In this document: one piece after another, positions 47,896-61,658 of the stretch
Layout: each line of letters opens with the position of its first letter
Position numbering within the stretch: the stretch's first letter is position 1
Source: Amoebophrya sp. A120
Taxonomy: Eukaryota > Protista > Dinoflagellata
Reading direction: 5' to 3'
Assembly: GCA_905178155.1 (NCBI GenBank)
Contig: CAJINV010000014.1
Location: 840,116-904,115, forward strand
DNA: 64,000 nucleotides
Notes under the pieces: generated by a model
The model's database searches: none
The model's input: only the letters and a program-made list of their open reading frames with translations
Told to the model about the DNA's origin: nothing
Position numbers and translations under genes: made by a program

Positions 47896-49343
47896 CGCGA
47901 GGTTGATGATGTTTCACCAAAGGATGGATGGCCAGGAGGAGTTGTTGTGAACAACGTGCTGCTAGAAGTAGTCCGTCGTAGCCGCGAGGACTAATTAAGT
48001 ATCTGCAGCTAGTAGTCGCGGAGAGTACTACTTCTAGCGTATTTGCGGATAAAAACCCGGTTGGCAGACGCCGCCGACCGATTCGGCAACATCGGCACTT
48101 GCAGTCTTGCGCCGCATTTTAATGTCGGTGAAGTGTCGAATGAAGAGTTTTTAAATTTAGTATCAGAAGATCGAGTTTTGACGAAACATATGAAGTTCGA
48201 ACCAGCTACAGGAACTGATCATACGTGGCACCAAAAGCCGACTAGGTCCTTCAGAAAACTATAGGTTCCACCGGACATCAAAACATTGATCAATTCTGAC
48301 ACAAACGATAAAGAGACCAAGATTTTACTTACTTATTTGCAAACATAGAAACATTCACGTTTTTTTGATTTATCAGCGAGGACCGCTCTGTTTCGCGACG
48401 ACGAGGGAGATTTAGATTTTGTTAATATTTGACTCTTCTTGCTACATTCGACGACGAAATGATACAGACGATTTCATTCTACGACGATTGCGATCGAAAC
48501 GAAGACGAGCGATCAACGAGCCTGATTACGAATACGATGTTGACCTACTGCTCCAATGTTGGATTACTACTCGTCACACTTCCACTCTTTTTTGTCCGAA
48601 GTTTTGATGACGCGATCGATTCAGATTCCAATTCCATCTTGTGCATCTACAACTTTGCGTTTCGACCGTACTATCATGTCTCTGGAATTCATTGCGATGA
48701 ATGCCTGCAAAATAGCGCAGTCACAGGTTCGCGGCGGAGCATAACTTGACCCCGAAGGACTTTGTTTCGAGCAGCGCTTCAACTTGTCGCCGGGATCAAA
48801 TGTATCGATAGCACCATGTTCCGCACGACAGCTGTCGCAGCTGAGGACGAGGATGATGTAAAACTACAAGTCAGCGAATTTATTGAAAACGATCACTATG
48901 ATGAGCCAGATTCACTTACGTCGGAAGAGATGATATGACTGCAGCCGCGGCAAGAATCTTAGCATACTTTCCACGAGTGAAGTCGGAACAAAATCGCCCC
49001 GAGCGGCCTTCGGTCGTGCCGTGAACTCGTCCTGTAAACTGCGCTAGTACAGAATATCTTCGTGCATCAAGATGACGCGTTCTTCGCCGAAACAACGGTG
49101 AAAACACATAGCCTGTTTTTCACAACTATCAACACTTGTTTGCTCTTCATCATCTTGCTCAAGATCCACAATCTTTGGAAAAGAAGTGTTTGAGATAGGT
49201 TCTCGACGTACCACAGATTCAGATACGAAATATTCGTCGGAAAAAAAGAAAAACATGCTACTTAACACTTCCTTTTTTTTGTCCGGCTTACTTGTGTTGC
49301 TGTTAAAACAACAAGTTCATAGAGTGGTCCACCTGCCGGCCAA

Positions 49344-52300
49344 CTACTTGTGTTGCTGGAACAGCAAGTTCATAGAGTGGTCCTGCAGATTCCGCAGCTC
49401 ATTGTATTCCTGGGGCCCGGTATGGATTGCAAAAATGTCTGAGTCTGGAAAGTTGGAACTTGTGATGCTGCATTTGGATTCTAAAAAATCTGTATTGCAT
49501 GAGCAGCAAAGACAGTCAAACTTTTGCTACACGGAAAGGGCATTTGTCATGCGGTATAGGCATCTGAAAGCCCTCACAAAATCTGTGATGCTGGGGCATG
49601 CATCACAGACATCAGGAGTCATGCAAAATGTGCATGACAAACCTTGGATCCTTCCAGACCCAGACATTTTTACATTTGATACCCGGGGTGTGGAAGCGGA
49701 AAATGGTGTTTTGCGTTGCTGGTGCAGCAGCTTCTACCGCACTTAACATTTTTTCACTCTACAACTTGGTACTAGAATTACAACTCTAGCGAGCATGCAT
49801 GCAAATTCTTTTACCCAATAAAACCGGCCCAAAAATGAATTTCCGATCCGATAAAAACATGCATACTACTTAGGTCGTACCAAGAGCAGCATTTCCTCGG
49901 ACCTGGGCCTGCTGCATCTCGCGTATCATAACCAGAAGTATGGAAAGACTATGCAGCAAGTGGCACACCTGTGATGTTAAAAATCCAGCGCAAAACATTA
50001 TGCTGTTTTCGAAAGACATATCACCTCCTCGCTGCTCAGCTTCCCGTCGATTTCGTTGTCCAGGGTTTCCTATCAAATGTAAAAATGTCTGGGTCTGGAA
50101 GGATGCGAACTTGTGAAGAATGTGATGCGTGTTGCGGATCATACAAAAATCTGTGTTGCATGACTTGCAAATGGTCCCCATTTCTAGCCATGACGACGGG
50201 GCATTTCTCGTGCAGAATAGGCATCACCAAGGGGCTGCAGAACCTGTGATACTAGGCCCTGCATTCGAGACTTGGCTGAGCTTGGAAAAACTGCATGACA
50301 AATCTCAGAATCTTCCAGACCCAGACACTTTTGCATTTGATATTTCCAGAAACTCGAAGGCCTTCGCCAGGTGCACCGCGCGGTCCTATGCATTGCAAAT
50401 TATCGATCTGGGTCTGGAAATTTGTATTTATGTGCTAGGTTGTGAATGATGAACGCTCTGTTACAGATAATTCACAGTCAAGCATGGGGAAGCTCTGCGC
50501 GGCTCAAGCATGCCATCAAATGTTGCAAGAAGCTCCCAGATGATCCCGATTGAACATATTTTATATATTTGCGATTGATAAGTCTTGCGTTTGGTCAAAT
50601 TCGAAGTCGTCCGGGTACTGCACGCTCTTGCGATCCAGCGCGTGCTATCGAATGTAAAAATGTCTGGGTCTGGAAGAATGCGAATTTGTCATGCATATTT
50701 TGCATGCCCCAAGAGGTCTGCAATGCAGGACTTAGCATGACAGGTTCTGTGAAGTCTCTATCATGTCTATCCCGCATGACAAACTGCCGCTACACTTGTT
50801 CAAACGTGGACGCCTTTTAGTAATCATGCAACACAAATTTCTGTACTATCCAGACTTAGCATGACAAGTTCCAAGCTTCCAGACCCAGACATTTTTACAA
50901 TCCATACGTGCTGGCGCGCTTTCAGGGAAGAAAAATCCGCGGCGTCCGAGGTTTCGTAGTCGATAAAGCGATTGGAGTATCCATAGAAAAAAAACATTCG
51001 TAATGGTGTAATACTTTTTTTCGCGGAACAGCACAATGACACATCTGTCAGGCATGACAGCAGAGACGTCGTGGCATGCGCAGATATAATTACGTGAAAC
51101 TGATGAAAACGCGCTGGAAGAATGGATATGGTCATGGACCCCACAGTGCATGACCAGCATGACAGAAGCAATCCATCATCTTGCACGTGGTTCTTGCGCA
51201 TCTTCACAAAGTTACAACAAGATCAAGGACAATGTTTTTTTATTGGATATGGAGATGTCAATCTTGTGCTTCTGCTCGATCTCCACCGCGCGCTTCGTGC
51301 CCTCCGTGTCCTGTTGGTGCAAAATTTTCACCTCCTTGTTCAGCATATTACCGTTGGCAGTTGCACCAGCAGCTGCTCCCCCCTATTACCGTGAAAAATG
51401 CCCCCACCCCCAAAGAAAGTTGCAATAATTTGCGATGCGAAGTTTCCAAATGAAAACTTTTTGTCATGCATGAAAGGAATATGAATCTTTCTTGTGTGTG
51501 ATGCAGTAGAGTCTAGGCGTATATAATAGCATTGCTTGCATGACGAGCGCCGCTCTTGCTGGGATCTGTTGCAATACAAATCTTCGCTATTCACGATTGG
51601 AAATCTGTGATGCTGCTAGATGCAAGAGGGCGAGTGTTTCTGTTGGAAAGGTTTGCAATACAAATGCTCCCAAGATCGGGGGTGGGGGCGTTTTTCATTG
51701 TGATACCCCACGGTAGTGGCTCTTCGCGTTGTTTCCACTCGCCGATTTGTTTTCGTTGAAGAACGCCGTGTAGACGCGGTCCGCGATCACATTGAGCAAG
51801 CCGGGGGAGTAGCTCACGGCCAGCACCTGCTTCCCCGGGACGTTGTCCTGCGCCAACACGTATGCCGTGCAAATAGGTTCTCTGGGAGGGGGTCTTGAAA
51901 TGTTTACAAAGTACAAGTTTGGGAAATGTAAAGTCTCCGGCCCCACACACGACAAAATTGTGTTGCATGAGCGCCAGCAGTTGCGCACTTCTTGCTGCGC
52001 AAGTAGCGCATTTCTCATGCGGTGCAGGAAGCAAAAGACCTCGTCGCGAGCAAAACTTTCAGATGCTTTAAGTGCGGGTGCGCTCCTGTGCATTACAAAA
52101 CATCTGCGTGATCCAAAAATGCATGACGAACTTCTGCAGTCTTCCAGTGACCCAGACGACCTATTTCCACTTGATAGCACGTCAGCGAGGTTCAGGTTCG
52201 TCGGCTTGCTGGTAGCGGTAGTATGGAAGTGTCAGGATCGAAATCGACAAAGTCGAAAAATTTGTAATGCATAGAATCCAGGGCACGTATGGCCTGTGTT

Positions 52301-53026
52301 GGGGAGCAGGCAAGTGAGACCGATTGCAAGCCTGTTTAGGGGAAGGCGATTTGCTGCCAGAGTAGCACGACAGGAGCAGTCTTCTATCTTTGCCCGAACA
52401 GCATGACAGACTGGATTTTGGTGCTCCCGAAATTTGTCATGCGCCGCTTGGAAGCTGAGGCTCCAAGTGGTATCGATTTTATGCATCACAAATTAGTTCG
52501 ATTTTGTCGATTTCGATCCTGACACTCCCATAGCTAGGAGCCCTAGTGTAGTTATTGACCTCCGCGTTTGCAACCGTTTCGGCGTTGTCAGGGCCAGCAG
52601 TCCTCTTGTGGTCACTTTTACTGCCGAAGAAAAACTCCCACAGGGCCGAGCCGCGGGAGGCGGACGGATACTTGTTCACTATGACCTTGCACAACTCCCC
52701 CTACTCCCCCCCCATAATTTGGATGTTGGCATCCACAGCAACAGAAGCCTTGGCGAGGATGGAAAGCAGCTTCAGCATAGCATATTACTCACATGAGATT
52801 CTAATTGCTGTTTGGACAACTCCTTTGTTTTGTACTATGACAAACGTCGAGGGGAGCAAGGGGAAATTGTGCACTCAATAATTCTCGTATTCACGACCCC
52901 CGAGGTAGGAGATAAGGTTGCAGCGGTTTTTCCAAGAACAGGCACAGCCGCAGTTGCGCGCTTTTCGTTCTGGTGTTTCAGATTGAACAAGTTGTCCCTG
53001 CGGTTGGGGGCCGCGACAGTAGACAT
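49344..53026 (-). CDS. Hypothetical protein split into many short exons by at least 7 introners
   Basis: MSTVAAPNRR... start in A-rich context; exon segments such as VLAQDNVPGKQVLAVSYSPGLLNVIADRVY and DRAVHLAKAFEFLE|TLDNEIDGKLSSEE; last exon ends QQHK*. Confidence 0.5.
49421..49681. mobile_element. Introner family A
   Basis: TIR; direct repeat CCCGG. Confidence 0.9.
50071..50342. mobile_element. Introner family A
   Basis: TIR; direct repeat TTTCC. Confidence 0.92.
50646..50906. mobile_element. Introner family A
   Basis: TIR; direct repeat CGTGC. Confidence 0.9.
51384..51705. mobile_element. Introner (B/C-like TIR tat.ac..tgaaaaa.gcccccacccc)
   Basis: TIR; near-repeat CCCCC/CCCCA. Confidence 0.82.
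51861..52176. mobile_element. Introner family A-like (diverged)
   Basis: Near-repeat ACACG/GCACG. Confidence 0.72.
52222..52532. mobile_element. Introner family G
   Basis: TIR; near-repeat GGTAG/GCTAG; homologous to 24104-24418. Confidence 0.9.
52680..52880. mobile_element. Introner family D (diverged)
   Basis: tatga..tgcacaactcccc / gggg..ttgtgcac..ata termini. Confidence 0.72.
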
Positions 53027-53383
53027 TTTGCCGCCAACTTCCGCGGAGTTAGATGACCTGCTGCCGCCCGGCGCGAGGGAAGTCTTCGACATAACCACCA
53101 CGGGCACCTGTGATAAAGTAGGTCTAGGTTGTACGATAAAGTTTGAAAACCAGGCGATCTCACTCTTTTTGGAGCAGGGGGTCGGGAAATCAATGTGAAA
53201 AAACATAAATTGTATTCCAGTTCAATCAAGCTTATTTCCTAAAGCATCGAATAAATCTGCATTCCCGCATATCAAACCTAGTGCTTCTACTTTCCGTTGA
53301 AAAAAAGATAACAGTTCGCCGTTATTTCATTCGCGTCCGAGCTGCTCGGAGCAATCTAACATTCTTAAATATTGACTCCTCAC

Positions 53384-54214
53384 CTAGACTGGTTCAACTA
53401 CCTTTTCACGCGCGGCGTTGCTACCCATTTTCGCCGTCGTCGGTTTCGTTTTGCCCTCGGAGCTGCTACCTTTCAGCGCATGTTTCATAGCCGCGAGGGT
53501 ATTCTGGATCTTCTTGCCCGTGCTGCTGCCTTGCTCGGTCCTGGAGGCCAAGGTCTTTTTCGCGGCGGCCGGGACATGTTTGCTTGCCGCTTGCGCATCG
53601 ACTTCCGGGCGCGCGTCCTCTCCGGTCTCCACCTGCAGAGCGGCAACCTCCTTGGAGGACTCCATTTCGCCGATCTGCGCAAACGCCGCCTCGGCCTGCT
53701 TCTTCAGCTGCCGCGCGCGGTCGATGGCGGCCTTGATTTGCTGCTTCGTATATGACACAGAAGAACACTACTACCCAGAACGGCGTGGAATCAATATTTA
53801 TTTGTCGTGCAATAATGCGAGCCGAGAAACTGGAACTAAAATGAACTACCCCCAGAAGTCCCATCAGAACATAGATCCGATTTTTACTTAGAGCCATACA
53901 ACAAGACAGATCTACTTTTTGCACGACAATTCTTCTTGCATCGCACGATGGCAATATCAAGAAGTTAGATGCTGATGCTCTCTGTGGGATATCGTGTACA
54001 CCTCCTCCTGCGTCTGTTCTTTCGCCTGCACCATTTTGGTGGCCTCGTGCGCAGCCTCGATGGCACGGTCCACAAGGGTCTCATACTCCTTCTTCAGCAC
54101 CCGCTGCGAGCCGGTTTTCGCCGTGGTTACGCTGACGGCATCAGCGAGCCGCAAACCACTGGTGGCCACGACAGCCAAGGCCGTCAGCCCGCGCGCGGCG
54201 GTCGTGCTGCGCAT
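53384..54214 (-). CDS. Hypothetical secreted helical protein, 2 exons
   Basis: Signal-like MRSTTAARGLTALAVVATSGLRLADA; exons joined across TAT..ATA element 53751-53991 (near-repeat TCGTA/TCGTG). Confidence 0.6.
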
Positions 54215-55021
54215 GATGTGGGGGAGGTTCCTTGTTGACCAGGAGCGCTACACACAGGAGACCGATTCGACTGATTCTATTCCAGCAAGAAAATGATTTT
54301 AATAATATTCTTCCCTGCTGCCAGGGAACCGAGAGAGCGGAGGAGGTGCTACGAAATCTCCTGGTTTGGTGGCCGCTTTTATGCACCGATATACCTACGC
54401 AAAACGAAATCGACGCGGAGCTCACCCGGGGGGACGAGGTGGATAGATCGGTTGTACTTCTCTTAGAGTGAAGCTCAAACACGAGCTCGTCGAGTAGCGG
54501 AAATTAAAAATTCCAACGAACTAGTACCGAGTACCGCCACCGGGATGTTGGATTGCAGGAAAATGGAAAGGCGCCATCTAATTTGATATCTGGTGCGCAT
54601 GCAAGAAGAATAATGGAACACGAAGACGAACAAGATAGAAAACCTCCTGAAATAATTAAATGAAGGAAAATTTTTGCACGAGGAATGCATTTGCACCCAC
54701 CAGTGATATCGGGCGATGTTCTGGTTGTTTTTTGTGGCACCAACGAAGTGATATTCCGCTCCGCAATGACAAACTCCAGCTAGATTGCGCCGCTAAACAG
54801 CAGCCCCAAAGGATAAGGACACTGTGTGATTGATTTCACCACCACAACACAGCAAGGCGATTGCGCAAAGAACTATCTAGGTACTGGAAGCACAACTGGA
54901 TTTCGTCAGACTACGGCTTCCGCAGGAACGATTCTCGTGCCATTGATTTGTCCCCGATATCGTACGAAAAAAGTGTAGTGTCACTGTGTAAGGAATTTGG
55001 CTATAATCTGCCCTCCCAGCT

Positions 55022-58000
55022 CTACTGCGCACTCGCGCCGGCGATGATCTCGCAGAGCTCCGTCGTGATCCGTGCCTGCCTCCCGCGGTTGTACTGCAGG
55101 GTAAGCTTGTCGACGATCTCGTCATATTGTGAGGAAAAATCCCCCCTCCCCATATCGAAGACGGAATTAGTGTTGCTGTATTTGAGTACACAAATCACAT
55201 CTGTCTTGCTGGAGAGGACTGCAGACCCATATCAAGCCTGGGCAGAGAGGCTTTGACTTAGGCGCTTAGCATGAACAGCGTCCGTGATGTTGGCTCAACA
55301 GCATGACAAACACCCTCCATAATGGGACGGAAGCTGTTGCCCTTGTCTTCTTGCAACACAAACGTGATTTGTGACCTCAAATCAGCAACACAAATTTTCG
55401 AAAACCTACCTCTTCAATATGGGGAGGGGGGATTTTTCCTTGCGATACGTCACTGTTTTTGGACGCATTGTCCATGGCCGCCATGCGGGCGCTCTGCTCC
55501 GAAATGATGCCGTCCAGGTACTTTCCGTAGGTTGTATGCACGGACAAGAGTAAAACGTATGATGTCGTCCGGACGAGAGGAACAATGTTAGGGAAATACA
55601 TATGGCTGCTGTTCATGTGGAGCCTCGACAAAATTATTCATCACCTCTTCATTCTCGTCGGAATAAGAATCAAAACCGACGACGCAGGGGAGGATGTGAC
55701 TTTTTTGCTGTCGCGTGCGATTTTTTTTCCATGACATCAGGCATCCATGAAGTAACAAAAAGATGGTTGCCGCAACCTCAGCCGGCTAGTTGTTCGCATA
55801 GTTCCTTACTACAAAGCCTAATCCAACTTCCGAACTACAACTGTGTCAATTACAATTTCTGCGTCATAGATTGCGCATGCGGTGTAGAACTCTTGCAGGT
55901 CGTCCCACACTTCCCAGGTTGGCGGCTCGAAATTGTACCTTGAAGTCGTGGTTTGATACGGAAAAGGTCACTTTGAGGCTGCAGGCTGGATGTTAGAACA
56001 TCATAATCTAGAAACGATCAATACGAAGCATATCTATCCTGATTTTTGCGAACGCAAATGAGTACCACGACCTGGGGCTCGGACGACAATAGCCGTGAAT
56101 GCAAGAATGCAAGTTTCCTCACCACCACGTTCAGTTTCACACGACGTTCAGTTTCACACCCGATAATTTGGTGGGAAAACAAAAAAATTGAAACTATACT
56201 GATCCACGGCCTTACTCCACTCCGGTGGTGCCACGTTTTTCACCGCCTTTTTCGTGTGATATGAAAGTGCACAACTCCTCCTCCCCCTCGTTTGCAACTG
56301 GAACTCCATCTTGGCTGTGCTCGCATGAAAAAAAATTCTTGACGCCCAATCTGCAGTGCATTCCGGACCGCGTGGATTTCTCATACAAAGACAGCATTCT
56401 AAGGTGGGGGGGGTTCAATTGCTGGATGAAAAAACGCGCTCCAAATGAGAAGATGAAGGCGTTTTGCGCTCTCATATGTAAACTGGTACATTCAAGGGTT
56501 CGTAGGCGATCATGCTCTGAAAGTGATTGTGCACCACGTTGATCTATCCGCTGCAAATATGTCTCGATCTGGAAGGTTGCAACTTGTGATGCGGATTCTG
56601 GAAAAATGACCAGAAATTTGTTTTGCAGGAGCGACAAAATCTGCCCATTTCTTGCGTACGCAAGAAATAAACTTCTCATGCCGAAGAGGCCTCAATCCTT
56701 TATTTTAAAGACCAGTTGCGTGATCAAAAAGATGCATGAAAAACTCCTGCACTCATCCAGAGGACCCAACCATATTTGCGTTTGATATGATCCGCGCCGG
56801 CTCGCCCGCCATCGCGCTCTCCGCAAGCATGGACGCCGTTGTGAAGTTGAACGTGGTATCAACTACGTTAGGACAAAAGCGAGAGGACTTCATTTCTTTG
56901 TGATGCTGATGCTGTATAATGCCGAATACAACTTATTTTACATGCATACTCAAGAACTAATCTTACACGATGTTTGTGGCCTGCCCGTCTCCTAGCTTTG
57001 TAGCAGCGTTGCATCCCCCAAAGCAGGTGGACAAGTGAAAATGTCTTCCCTGTTTGCATGATTGGCGCGTTGGCGTCGTCCTCTCTACTTGATTTTGGCT
57101 TTCTTCCGTATCGTAAGAAAAAAGTGTTTCACTCTAACGATTTTGCAAGTTTTGCATGATCACAAGTTTGCTCTATATCGCACTTTGCCATGCGAGCTTT
57201 CTAAGGAAAAATGCGCCTAGAAGCCCATGGTCTTGCATGTCTACTGGAAGACCAATACTTCTGCGATCATGCATTTTCATCTGCAACAAAAGTTTACAGT
57301 GAACTAGTTTTTTCTTACGATATTACGGCACCGCTTGAATCTCTTCGAACGAGCTGCTGCTAAACCTGTCTATTGAAAAATTGTATATGCAATACTAGCA
57401 ATCCAAGGTCGCAATACGGGTACAAAATGCAACACACATTTTCGTCATGTTGAGTGTAGTTTGGGACAAAAACGTTTTCCATGCAGTGCCAGTGTGTCTA
57501 CGAAGTCCTTTTTCGATTTGCGTAGTTTATCGTCAATGTATGGGACAGACTTCACCGACCTCATCATGCTTCGTTTCAGACGTGCTGGGCAGCAGCTCTA
57601 CGACCATCCACAACGCAGCAAGAAACTACGAAGCAGTGTAATTCTAAATACGACTTTGTCCATAAAGTCACTGAGAAGATGTAGTACAACTTCTACTCTA
57701 AAAATACCTGTTCCCCAAGTTTCTTTTCAGCGCGGCTTGTGCCTTGCTGCCGCAACACATCAGCTCCACTGCCGTGCCGGCCTGCTCTTCTTCTATTGCC
57801 TTCACCCGCACGGACTTCGCGAGCCCCGAGTTTATGCCGCCACACATCCCCTTGTCGCTGGACAACACGACCATTTTCAGGGCGGGAAGGCATGAAAGGG
57901 AAACAAGAGTGCGACAACAAATTCAACAACGCCGCAAAGTACAAGTTCCTGCACCCGCCTGGGCTCCTTGCACCATTCAAATGGTCTTGTTTCGCTGCGA

Positions 58001-60103
58001 GAGAACTTCGTGGAACATGCAAAGGCCTTCTACAGGCAGGCTTCATCATCAAGATGACGAGCGTACTGTTACTACAAAGCCAGATGATGAAAGTCAAAGA
58101 ACGCAGCTCAAGAAATGTGGTCTTCTGGTGGTGTTCGTCTTCGTGTTAGCGTCGATGCATTATCCAAAGTCTAGAGCAGTCTCATTCCATACCAAGCTTT
58201 TTGGGCCGATGCGGTCTTTTTTCCTTCCAATCGCAATGCTATGCTCTTATCTGGCCTCAAAGTCTGGAGGCCCAGGTAAGAGCACAGCAGGGCGATTGTG
58301 CTAAAAAAAGTGTCTCTTTCTCCTGGCCACCTCCTCAGGCCAGGACATTTTCGCATCCCAAACACCACGCTGCCCTCTTACCTGGCCCAAAAATTTGCCA
58401 GGCCAGGTAAGAGAGTGCCGTGGTGTTTTGGCCAACTTTTTTTCGGCTGATGCGGCCTTTTTTCCTTCCAAGCACCATGCTATGCTCTTACCTGGCCTCA
58501 AAGTCGAGAGGCCCAGGTAAGAGCACAGCGTGCTGCTTGTACTTCAAGACCACCCCCCCTTATCTGGCCACTTTCTCGGGCCAGAACATTTTCGCATCAG
58601 AAACACCACGCTCCCCCATCATCGGTCTGGCCACTTTCTCGGGCCTGCCAGGAGAATTTCGCATCACAAGCGCACCGCTGTGACAGTGCCTGGCCTTAAA
58701 ACCTGGCAGCCCCGGCAAAAGAATGCCGTGGCGCCTGTGCCAGCTTTTGCGGGCCAGAGCAATCTTTTTCCCAGGCGCCAGGGTATGCTCTTACTTGGTC
58801 CGAGAGTCTAGGCCCAACTAAAAGCATAGCGCGGCGCTTGCGCTGCAAGATTACCCCCTTCACCTGGCCACTTTCTCGGGCTATGGCAGGCACCTTGTGG
58901 CCACTTCTCATCGGCCCGGGAATTTTGGTCAGAATTGTTCTCATTTTTCGCCCAGCTCGCGACTTCGGTGACTGTTTTTATTCTCCGTTCGATCGCGTGC
59001 TGCAGAACTGCAGACGCTTTCTCGGAAAACAGAAACCATCTACTTCAAATCTATTTGGAATCTATTCCGAATCTATATGGCTGTCGAAGTCTCCCATTGC
59101 CAATGTTTGTGTTAGCGTTGATGCATTATCCAAAGTCTAGAGCAGTCTCATTCCATACCAAGCTTGACGAGTCCATCGGCGGAAGCTTCTCGTAGAATTT
59201 TACTACCTGAGAAATAGACTTTCACTTTCAGTACTACATAAAATTTACCTTTCAGTACTACCTAAAATTTGCATCCAATTCCATTTCCAACACATACAAA
59301 GCACGACAAATAAGACGCGAAAGAAAAACAAGTCACATGATAAAAACAAAAAAGTACTGGGTCACTGAAGGGCTTGCCCGCATTGTATCTCCTCTCGTCA
59401 ATCATATTGAAAAGCGCCCCCACGACCCCAGAGTGCGGTGGACGTGTTTGCAAAAGTTCCCAATGGAAGGAAACACTTGCCACCTTGAATGTGTCAGCGT
59501 GACAAATTTTCAGGCCAGACCAGCGGATGTCTGTGCTGCTGCGCAGCGCCACAGTAGAAGCGATATATGTGTCTGTCATCATGTCGAAGCTTTGCATAAC
59601 TGGCTTTGTCGATTCTGACAAAAAACGCGTCGTGTTCGCTTCTTGCAAGACAAAAGAGTTTCTCACGTGCTGGAAAACTTGTGCAATAGTCCGGACTCTT
59701 GTGGTGGTGAGGCTACTTTTCATTTTGATATCGTCGTGCTTAAATTTTGCAGTGGAGACCATCTTCATCGCACTCGTAATCTTCCCGAGGGTATGCAACA
59801 GTTAAAATGACAACAATCGGACCGCCCGCGGGGGGGGGGCTGCTTGTTCTGAAGTGCCACAAGAAATGATCAGGTACTTAGTCGCATCATCTGGTGTTTG
59901 TAGCACCTCCACTACGAGTGTAGCGCTTCGCGCGCCGGTCAATTACAATTTTGGGAAATCGCATTTATAATACTTATCCACTATGTCGTGATCTCTATTG
60001 CTGCATCACAAACTCCAGCCGAATGTCTCGCATTTCTCTTTCCATCGGGATAAATGTTCGCTACGGACTTCATCCGCATCGAAATCGCTTTCAGCGACGC
60101 CAT
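55022..60103 (-). CDS. ATP5F1C: Mitochondrial F1-ATP synthase gamma subunit, multi-exon; an upstream transit-peptide exon was not identified
   Basis: Exons [82 protein letters not shown]|[33 protein letters not shown]. Confidence 0.95.
55125..55447. mobile_element. Introner family C
   Basis: TIR; direct repeat CGTCA; in-frame join KNSD|EIVDK. Confidence 0.92.
56260..56476. mobile_element. Introner family D (right end diverged)
   Basis: Near-repeat TGTGA/TGTAA; in-frame join VPVYT|RKKAVK. Confidence 0.78.
56545..56787. mobile_element. Introner family A-like
   Basis: Direct repeat TGATC; in-frame join ARI|NVVH. Confidence 0.82.
58143..59165. repeat. Complex intronic repeat: 57-bp direct repeats flanking four related hairpins
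   Basis: 58143-58199 vs 59109-59165 (1 mismatch); hairpins at 58237-58289, 58375-58413, 58478-58529, 58784-58828. Confidence 0.9.
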
Positions 60104-61658
60104 CTTGTTATTTTTCTTGCGGTTCTTTCAGGGACGACGTCGAGAAGGTTTACTTTCTTCTGTATCTCGTGTAGTCCCGCTTTGACCTTGTTAAAAGGTG
60201 CTTGATGAAGTGGTGTCCTATGTTCGGTTGGACTTCCTAAACAGGAAACGCGTGGTTGGCTTTGTTCCGGATCCGGTGGGTGCTCCTCTACAGCTTGATG
60301 TGCACTTGAAATAGGTATCACCCACCGCTGTCGACGACTTGAACAGACGAGGAAGCCACAGGTTTCGAACAAAAAATGGGGCAGCCCCCGTTGCTCCGTG
60401 TTCTTCTTCTCGATGCCGATCTGTGGCCGCTGTCAGGGACGCAATCTGTGGTCGCGCAGGCGGTGAGTAGGAGCAAACTAAGAACTACACCGACGTCGTC
60501 TGCAGGATGGAAAAGTACTGATCTGCGCAGCGGGGCTCCGAGAAAAAATGAACGGTGTTCCGTAATGCACACTCACGAGCGACCGGGGAGAATCCGAAGC
60601 AGATGACTTGATCCAGCCAATTTTTTCAATGTCCGTTGGAGCAAGTGGAAAGTGCAGTGTAAGTGCAGCACCGACAACAGGAACGGCTACGGGACGGGCC
60701 TTCGTGAAATTGAGTTCAGTCAGCGTTTTAATATCGGCTGTTTGTGTGTAAAAGTACTTGTTTCTAAGTAAAGTCGTGTAATTAGAACGTCGCACAGCTC
60801 GCAGCCGAGGCCATAATCATCAGCCACGACGGGTATGTTTAAGAAAATCTAGGAGGGACAATCCATTCGACAAAGCTGCCTATCCACACGGCCGAATTTG
60901 GATTCTGAATCTACAAATGGACAGGGACAGCACCACAAAAAATGCAAGCGCGATAAAGTGCTCTAGTCCGCAGGATCAATCCTTCCCATGGTTGTCTGAC
61001 AATGAAGACGACTGCGCCAGGCACCATGAGCAATCTCTCTCTTTGTTCTGTCACATTAAAAATTCATTGTATTCAGTAGTTTCTTGAAGTTTGTCTTTTC
61101 TTGCATGTGAACGTGGCCCTGAACTGATACCGAACTTCTAGCTGCCTTATTTATGTTTGTCAATAGAGAAGTTACAGCAGACGAAGCATCACGCACGGAT
61201 AAGTAATGCCACTTCTGTTCTCGTCTTCCAGAACGACACAACAGGCTTGAAAGATGAAAACCCGTCCAGACAGAAGAGGTTCCGTTTATCCTCGCGGCAG
61301 AAAAAAAAACTGGCTGGCGATACTAAAGGAACACCAACACGCAGTAGAGAAGTTTTGCGCGACAATGTGCGGGTCGTGGTCTTCTGCTTCTCCCAATCGG
61401 TTTACCATCGATCTGTACAACAACCTGCAGCGTGTCCCCGTTGTCCTTTCACCGGTCTCAGTTTTCGAAGTCGTTGCAGCTATCTTGTTTTTTGTCTACA
61501 GGAACTACATCACTTCAAGCTACTTAACATAAATGCAGTTGTATCAATCTGTAAATAACTCGGCTTCAAATCGAACTGCTCTTCGGATATTATCCGAAGG
61601 CAGTTCATCACGCCCTATAATCTCCGTATCTTTTTAGTACCCTCGCCGCAACAAAAAC

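Noticed and set aside
49289-49383. Short imperfect duplication around a stop codon; also a 15-bp tandem at 12-41
   Set aside because: Ordinary local slippage duplications with no further structure.
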